From an uncultured Gemmatimonadaceae bacterium (lineage in GTDB: Bacteria > Gemmatimonadota > Gemmatimonadetes > Gemmatimonadales > Gemmatimonadaceae): a DNA stretch of 64,000 nt. Location: positions 672,001-736,000 of the forward strand of contig CAVUDW010000002.1 in assembly GCA_963740355.1 (NCBI GenBank). Reading direction: 5' to 3'. Made by a program: the position numbers and the translations under genes. Position 1 is the stretch's first letter. Each line of letters begins with the position of its first letter. The notes beneath the pieces are model-generated. The model searched no databases and was not told the origin of the DNA. It worked only from the letters and a program-made list of their open reading frames with translations. Below, piece after piece: positions 58,149 through 64,000 of this stretch.

Positions 58149-59508
58149 TGTGACGATCTACCGCGCATCGTGGGTGCTGCCGATGTGTGCACCGCCGATC
58201 GCGAACGGCGCGGTGGCGGTGGAGGGTGATCGGATCACGTTCGCTGGGCTGGCGTCCGACGCCCCTCACGGCACTGTCGTCGACCTCGGTGATGCAGCGT
58301 TGATGCCCGGGCTGGTGAACGTGCACACGCATCTCGAGCTCACACCTCTGCGGCACCTGCTGGAAGGGCTGGACTTCGCGCAGTGGATTCGCACGTTGAC
58401 GCACCTGCGTCGCACCGAGTTGTCGGATCCGGCGGATGTCGAGGTCGGCGCACGGATTGGCATCGCGGAAGGATTGCTGCGCGGCATCACGACGTACGCC
58501 GATACCAGCGATACGGCGACGCCAGTCGTGAATGCGCTGACGCAGATGGGTGTGCGTGGCGTCGTGTACAAGGAAGTGTTCGGGCCGGATCCCAAGCAGT
58601 GCGAGACATCTCTCGGTGGTCTGCGAGACTCTGTCAGCGCGTTGCGTACGAGCGAGACGGACGCCGTGCGGATCGGCGTGTCGCCGCATGCGCCCTACTC
58701 AGTGTCGAAGGCACTGTTCGCCGCCAGCGCGGAATACGCCATCGCTGAGCGCTTGCCGATGGCGGTGCACCTGGCCGAGAGTGCGTTCGAGGAAGACCTG
58801 GTAGTGCGCGGGGAAGGGCCGTACGCGGAGAACTGGCGAAGTCGTGGCATCGATCCGGCAGGTGCGCGTGCGCGATCGAGCGTAGCGTTGTTGCACGACG
58901 CCGGCGCGTTGCGCGCCAAGCCGTTGATCATCCATGCGGTTCGTGTGGATGCGGCTGACATCGCGTTGCTGGCTGCGGCCGATTGCGCAGTAGCGCATTG
59001 CCCGGTGTCGAATGCGCGCTTAGGGCATGGCATCGCGCCGCTGCAGCAGCTGCTCGACGCGGGCATTCGTGTGGGCATCGGCACCGATAGTGTGGCCAGC
59101 AACAACCGCATGGATCTGCTCGACGAGTCGCGCGTGGCGCACCTGATGGCGTGTACGCAGACGCAGTCGTGGCGCGCATTTCCGGCGGCGCGGGCGTTGT
59201 GGCATGCGACGGCCGGTGGTGCGCGGGCGCTCGGCTTGTGGACGCGGCTCGGTGAGTTGTCGGTCGGTGCGCCGGCGGATCTGTGCGCGTTCGCGCTGGA
59301 CGGATTGGTGGCGTTGCCGCTTGCTGATGTTGCAGACGCACTCGTGCACGGGGTGGCGGGGAGCCCGGCGCGGATGACTGTGGCGTCGGGTCGGATCTGC
59401 GTTCAGGATGGCGCGCTGCTCGATACTGCGCGCTGGCATGCCGATCGTGATCGCTTCGCCGACATGGGAAGACGCCTGATCGGTGCCCGGGCGCAATTGA
59501 CGTCCTGA
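58141..59508 (+). CDS. Amidohydrolase / nucleoside deaminase (MtaD/SsnA-like)
   Basis: PGLVNVHTH, PHAPYS, HLAE, HCPVSN, GTDS; start uncertain. Confidence 0.85.
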   Translation: MADVTIYRASWVLPMCAPPIANGAVAVEGDRITFAGLASDAPHGTVVDLGDAALMPGLVNVHTHLELTPLRHLLEGLDFAQWIRTLTHLRRTELSDPADVEVGARIGIAEGLLRGITTYADTSDTATPVVNALTQMGVRGVVYKEVFGPDPKQCETSLGGLRDSVSALRTSETDAVRIGVSPHAPYSVSKALFAASAEYAIAERLPMAVHLAESAFEEDLVVRGEGPYAENWRSRGIDPAGARARSSVALLHDAGALRAKPLIIHAVRVDAADIALLAAADCAVAHCPVSNARLGHGIAPLQQLLDAGIRVGIGTDSVASNNRMDLLDESRVAHLMACTQTQSWRAFPAARALWHATAGGARALGLWTRLGELSVGAPADLCAFALDGLVALPLADVADALVHGVAGSPARMTVASGRICVQDGALLDTARWHADRDRFADMGRRLIGARAQLTS

Positions 59509-59646
59509 CTGCCGCTGCGGCGTGCCGGTCTGACTTTCGCCAGAACTCAGCGAGACCTCCCGTGCCCCGAGTCGTCAATCGAGGAACCGTGGCGCCCTAC
59601 CCCGGGAATCAATTACTATGTCAGGTCACCCTTTTTCCGACCCGCC

Positions 59647-60606
59647 ATGGCCGCTCCACAGTCTGGACGCACCGACAAGATCTGGCGTGATGGCCAGCTG
59701 ATCGCCTGGGACGACGCGAAAATCCACGTGATGGGCCATGTGGTCCACTACGGCTCGAGCGTCTTCGAGGGCATCCGCTGCTATGACACACCGGCCGGCG
59801 GCGCCGTCTTCCGGCTTCGCGATCACATGCGCCGCCTGATCGACAGCGCTCGCATCTATCGCATGCCGACCCGCTACACGGTCGACCAGCTGATGAGTGC
59901 GGTGGTCGAGACCGTCAACGCCAACGGCCTGTCGCAGTGCTACCTGCGGCCGATCATGGCGCGCACGGGTGAGCAGATGGGTGTCCTGCCGTCGCAGGAT
60001 CCGGAACTCACCGAAACGTTCATCGTCGCCTACAACTGGGGTGCCTACCTCGGCCCCGAGGCGCTGGAGAACGGTGTGGATGTCTGTGTGTCCAGCTGGC
60101 GCCGCGCGGCGCCAGACACCTTCCCGACCATGGCCAAGGCCGGCGGGAACTACCTGAACTCACAGCTCTCCAAGATGCAGGCCCGACTGGATGGCTATGT
60201 CGAGGGCATCATGCTCGACAACCAGGGCCTGGTCTCCGAAGGCAGTGGCGAAAACCTCTTCGTGATCCGCGATGAGGTGCTCTACACGGCCCCGCTCGCC
60301 CACGGCATTCTGAACGGCATCACCCGCGACTCGGTCTCGACCATTGCGCGTGATCTCGGGTACGAAGTCCGTGAGCAGGCCATCCCCCGCGAGTTCCTTT
60401 ACATCGCGGACGAAGTGTTCTTCACGGGAACCGCCGCCGAAATCACCCCGATCCGCAGCATCGATCGGATTCCCGTCGGCAGCGGCAAGCCCGGCCCGAT
60501 CTGCCGTGCGATCCAGACGGAGTACCTCGGCATTGCCCGCGGTACGATCGAGGATCGGCACGGTTGGCTGACCCCGGTGGCCGAACCGGTGGGAGCCGCG
60601 CGATGA
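59647..60606 (+). CDS. ilvE: Branched-chain amino acid aminotransferase
   Basis: HYGSSVFEGIR, YLRP, AKAGGNY, EGSGEN, GITR, GTAAE. Confidence 0.95.
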   Translation: MAAPQSGRTDKIWRDGQLIAWDDAKIHVMGHVVHYGSSVFEGIRCYDTPAGGAVFRLRDHMRRLIDSARIYRMPTRYTVDQLMSAVVETVNANGLSQCYLRPIMARTGEQMGVLPSQDPELTETFIVAYNWGAYLGPEALENGVDVCVSSWRRAAPDTFPTMAKAGGNYLNSQLSKMQARLDGYVEGIMLDNQGLVSEGSGENLFVIRDEVLYTAPLAHGILNGITRDSVSTIARDLGYEVREQAIPREFLYIADEVFFTGTAAEITPIRSIDRIPVGSGKPGPICRAIQTEYLGIARGTIEDRHGWLTPVAEPVGAAR

Positions 60607-60753
60607 GGGTGACTGGTGGGCGCTGCAGCCTCGTGCTGCGACACCTTGCCGACTGGTATTCCAGTCGGCAGCACGCCCACTGCCCCCTCGACACCACGCC
60701 GGTGTCGCTGCGCGCCTCTCGCCACGCCTCGTGTGCGAGAGGCGTTCTACTTT
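60605..60753 (+). other. Multi-hairpin structured intergenic element ending in a terminator-like stem
   Basis: Five complementary stems readable by eye (see finding); the last is followed by TTCTACTTT. Confidence 0.55.
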
Positions 60754-60772
60754 CCTGACGGACGGAGGGTAC

Positions 60773-61363
60773 GTGAACGTAGGCTGTCTTGCGCTCAACG
60801 CTTCGTACGAACCGCTCACGCTGGTCCCGATGAGACGTGCGCTCCGCCTGCTGCTGGACGGCAAGGCGGAGATCGTGGAGTCGGACGATGGAAAGGTGGT
60901 GCGCTCGGAGAAGTTGTCGTTCCCGCGACCGGTCGTGATCCGGCTGACGAAGTTCATTCATGTGCCGCGGCGCTTCCGCCGGCAGGTGACGAATACCTTC
61001 CTGTTCGCCCGCGACCACTACAAGTGCCAGTACTGTGGCCGCACGCAGACCGAACTGAAGCCGCGCGAACAGCTCACCCGCGATCACCTGATTCCGATCT
61101 CCCGCGGTGGCCTGAACGAGTGGAACAACGTCGTGACGGCGTGCAGCCCCTGCAACACGCGCAAGGCGAATCGTATGCCGCATGAAATCGGCATGCACCC
61201 GATGACGGTGCCGGTCGAGCCGCACTTCGTGCACCTCAGCTGGGCCGTGCGCCGCCTGACGCCAAAGCAGGCGCGCTACATCAAGGTCTTCTACGGCGAC
61301 GACATGCTGGCGCAGCTACGCCGCATCGAAGGTGCGCCAGTGCCGGTCGCGCCCTCGGCGTGA
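60773..61363 (+). CDS. HNH endonuclease (McrA-like)
   Basis: LALNASYEPL, CQYCG, DHLIP, SRGG, NVVTACSPCN; GGAGGG RBS before GTG. Confidence 0.9.
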   Translation: MNVGCLALNASYEPLTLVPMRRALRLLLDGKAEIVESDDGKVVRSEKLSFPRPVVIRLTKFIHVPRRFRRQVTNTFLFARDHYKCQYCGRTQTELKPREQLTRDHLIPISRGGLNEWNNVVTACSPCNTRKANRMPHEIGMHPMTVPVEPHFVHLSWAVRRLTPKQARYIKVFYGDDMLAQLRRIEGAPVPVAPSA

Positions 61364-61409
61364 CCGGCAGTCGGCGCCCGCCCGCACCGCTCACTCTCGA
61401 GGGTCGCGC

Positions 61410-62066
61410 GTGAGTCGTGCGCCGCGTGTAAAAATTTGCTGCATCAGCAGCATCGAGGAGGCCGCACTCGCCATCACACATGGCGCGTCGGCGCTCGGCC
61501 TCGTCAGCCAGATGCCGAGTGGGCCGGGCGTGGTGGAGGAATCTCACATCGCCGAGATCATTGCGACGGTGCCGCCTCCAATCGCCACCTTCCTGCTCAC
61601 CAGTGCCACCGACGCCGCAGGCATCGTCGCGCAGCAGCATCGCATGCGCCCAACCACGCTGCAGCTGGTGGACCATCTCGACGCCACCGTGCATCGCGCA
61701 CTGCGGAGCGCGCTCCCCGGCATCACGCTGGTGCAGGTGGTGCATGTCGAGGACGAGGAGAGCGTGGAGTATGCGCTCGCCGCCGCCCGAACCGTCGATG
61801 CGCTGTTGCTCGACTCCGGCCGACTCAAGGCACCAGTGAAAGAACTCGGCGGCACCGGTCGCACGCACGACTGGGGGCTTTCCCGGCGCATTCGGGATCA
61901 GGCAGGGAAGCCGATCTTCCTTGCCGGCGGATTACGCGCAGAAAACGTCGCCGACGCCATTCGTGCCGTGCAGCCGTTCGGATTGGATCTGTGCACCGGA
62001 GTGCGCACCAATGGTGCCCTCGATGCCACGAAACTCTCCAACTTCATGAACGCAGTCCGCGCCTGA
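61410..62066 (+). CDS. trpF: Phosphoribosylanthranilate isomerase
   Basis: VKICC, LLDS, GGTGRTHDW, LAGGL, NV. Confidence 0.85.
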   Translation: MSRAPRVKICCISSIEEAALAITHGASALGLVSQMPSGPGVVEESHIAEIIATVPPPIATFLLTSATDAAGIVAQQHRMRPTTLQLVDHLDATVHRALRSALPGITLVQVVHVEDEESVEYALAAARTVDALLLDSGRLKAPVKELGGTGRTHDWGLSRRIRDQAGKPIFLAGGLRAENVADAIRAVQPFGLDLCTGVRTNGALDATKLSNFMNAVRA

Positions 62067-62087
62067 ACGGCGGCGCCGGATTTCGTA

Positions 62088-62774
62088 CTACTCTGCGGTG
62101 AAGGTCCGTGTTCGTGTCTGATAGTGCCGACGTTCACCACCGAGCAGGCGCACGAAGAAACCCCGCACCGTGCGCGTCATCGCCGTCCCTGGATTGCGAT
62201 CGCCACGCAGTGCTGGCCGCACCTCGCCGCGTAGCCACCGCTCCACTTCATCGAGATCGGTGAGGCTCAGCACCTCGACATCGAGACTCGAGTCGTAGTA
62301 GTAGCTCGACCCGCGCTTCATCGACGGTGGTGCCATGATCCGGAATGGCTTCTCCACCAACGCTTCCGCCTCTTCCGGCGTGTCGAAACGTCCCAGCCGG
62401 CTGGCCCGATCACCAACGACGCGATAGACCTCGAACTTCTTGTTCAGCTGGTCGTAACGCACCAGCATGTCCCACTCCACGGCGCCATCGAGCTGGTTGT
62501 TCAGGCGTTCGTTGCGCCACAACTCGCAGCGGAAATGGAGCCGCGCCGGAAACCCGCCGCGCAACAGGTCGCGCAACTCCCGTGATGCCAGCACCGCGCG
62601 CGGCGCGAACGCAGGTCCATCACCGCCACCGATGGCGCGCGCCGGCAGGATGACGTCAAGACGAGCATCCGGCTGTGCGTACACAGGCGCAGCCGCCGCT
62701 ATCGCGGACACTCCGAACAGTGCCAGCGTCAGCAGCCTACGCACTGCGCTGCGGCGAGTCACTGGCGAGCGCAC
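62088..62774 (-). CDS. Exported hypothetical protein (DUF4390-like)
   Basis: Signal-peptide-like segment; start abuts the upstream stop; family assignment tentative. Confidence 0.55.
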   Translation of the reverse strand: MRSPVTRRSAVRRLLTLALFGVSAIAAAAPVYAQPDARLDVILPARAIGGGDGPAFAPRAVLASRELRDLLRGGFPARLHFRCELWRNERLNNQLDGAVEWDMLVRYDQLNKKFEVYRVVGDRASRLGRFDTPEEAEALVEKPFRIMAPPSMKRGSSYYYDSSLDVEVLSLTDLDEVERWLRGEVRPALRGDRNPGTAMTRTVRGFFVRLLGGERRHYQTRTRTFTAE

Positions 62775-64000
62775 TAGTATCGCCGCACCAATCGCACGAA
62801 GACCTGCACACCCCGCGACGGCGGCGAACCGAGCGCCTTCGCGACGTAGATGCCGCCCTGGCCCAACTCCAGGCCAGCCCCGACACTCGTCTGCAACGCA
62901 TCGAGTCCCTTCGGTGCATCGGATGGCACCGGCGCCTTGAGGGACCGCGAGTTTTGCAGCCAGCCATGCCCCGCGTCCGTGAACAGCACCCAGCCGCCAT
63001 AGCCGCTGCGGTCGGGCTGGATCATGCGTGCGCCACCGAAGAGGTCCACCAGCCAGCGGATATCGTGACGGTAGTCCACGCTCAGCAGCATCATGCGATC
63101 GCAGAGCGCCGGTGATCCGCTGAGTGGAATCGCCCCTGAACACTGCAAGCCATCCGGCGTGCTGACACGATCGCGGAAGGCGAATCCGCTGATCGCGCCG
63201 GGCCCGCTGAGCGACAACCGGCGTTGCAGTGGCAGTGGATCACCATGCAACCAGCCTCCGACAATCAGACGCGTATTGAGCTGCCCTGACGGCGACAAGC
63301 GGCTGTACCGCCGCAAGTCCAGCAGGCCACGACCATACCGCACCTTGCGACCCGCACTCGGAAGTGGTGCGGCGATTTCAGTGCCATAGGTCTCCTGCGT
63401 GCCATCTCCGACTTCGTACTCACCCTGCAGCCACCAGCCAGAACGTGGCCGCACAGGATCGGTGCGGGTGTCGTAGCTCGCGCGCAACATCACCCGTGTG
63501 AACTTCGCGCGGTCGAACTCCGGATTCTGGCGCCACGGATCGTCGTTCTTCCAGAGCGTGAACGGGTTGAGCGTGCGGCGCGGGCGCCAGAGTTCATCGC
63601 TGACCTCGAGTGAGGCATGTACCGCGCGCCCATCCCGGAATCCGATGATGCCGCTCCCACCGTGACGATCGTAGTAGTCGCGATAGTCGCTGTGCCCGAT
63701 GAACGACGCGAGGCCGACCTCCACATCGCTCAACTGCCAATCTTCCACCGGCGCCACGACGTCGAACAGCCGCCCGCCGATGCTGAAGTGCTCGCTGCGC
63801 CCCATCCGCAACTCCACGCGCGCACTGTGTCCAACGTTGTTGCCGTTCCATTCGATGCGTGAGCCGGTGCGGAAGATGCCGAAGAGATCGGCCGCCACGG
63901 TACCGAGCGGCGTCTTGTACCGCAGGCGCGGGCCAAACTCGATCGGCAACCCTTCCACCCGGTTGTAGGTCCGCGTCAGCGCCAACCGGATGCCGACGCC
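62774..64000 (-). CDS. Outer membrane beta-barrel protein (Omp85-like), 5' end outside the window
   Basis: YNRVEG motif, amphipathic strands, DTRTDPVRP..GW, FTDAG, C-terminal aromatic residue. Confidence 0.65.
   Translation of the reverse strand, partial: GVGIRLALTRTYNRVEGLPIEFGPRLRYKTPLGTVAADLFGIFRTGSRIEWNGNNVGHSARVELRMGRSEHFSIGGRLFDVVAPVEDWQLSDVEVGLASFIGHSDYRDYYDRHGGSGIIGFRDGRAVHASLEVSDELWRPRRTLNPFTLWKNDDPWRQNPEFDRAKFTRVMLRASYDTRTDPVRPRSGWWLQGEYEVGDGTQETYGTEIAAPLPSAGRKVRYGRGLLDLRRYSRLSPSGQLNTRLIVGGWLHGDPLPLQRRLSLSGPGAISGFAFRDRVSTPDGLQCSGAIPLSGSPALCDRMMLLSVDYRHDIRWLVDLFGGARMIQPDRSGYGGWVLFTDAGHGWLQNSRSLKAPVPSDAPKGLDALQTSVGAGLELGQGGIYVAKALGSPPSRGVQVFVRLVRRY

Noticed and set aside
60773..61363. 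IscB/Cas9-like RNA-guided nuclease or homing element
   Set aside because: Only ~196 aa, with no PLMP or RuvC motifs and no element ends; it matches the common chromosomal McrA-like HNH pattern.

Overview
This is a GC-rich bacterial chromosomal segment made almost entirely of core housekeeping genes; gene content and order suggest Gemmatimonadota, which is an inference. It contains ygfZ-like, glcDEF, a short sigma-70 factor, aroB, a PduO-type adenosyltransferase, a ferredoxin-NADP reductase, a split Dpp/Opp ABC system, tamAB, NlpC/P60, acpS, feoAB, the tsaD-rpe-rsmB-fmt-def-yajC-tgt-queA-ruvBAC-yebC run, a stand-alone DnaB-like domain, a PorX-like REC-PglZ protein with msbA/GT4/lpxL, tyrS, PBP1A, ilvE, an HNH nuclease and trpF. 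I found no rRNA, tRNA, transposase, integrase, phage genes or CRISPR-cas. Four genes (aroB, tamA, tgt, a class V aminotransferase) each carry a single +1 base in a short homopolymer, probably sequencing error. The unusual signal is non-coding: (1) a tandem array of ~262-bp REPIN-like hairpin units between ruvB and queA; (2) a GATC-rich 25-bp repeat cluster at 10048-10343; (3) a CIRCE-like operator upstream of the sigma factor; (4) a multi-stem RNA-like leader before the HNH gene; (5) a Fur-like box before feoAB; (6) a required non-canonical CTG start for ruvC. All product calls come from motif recognition by eye, not database searches.
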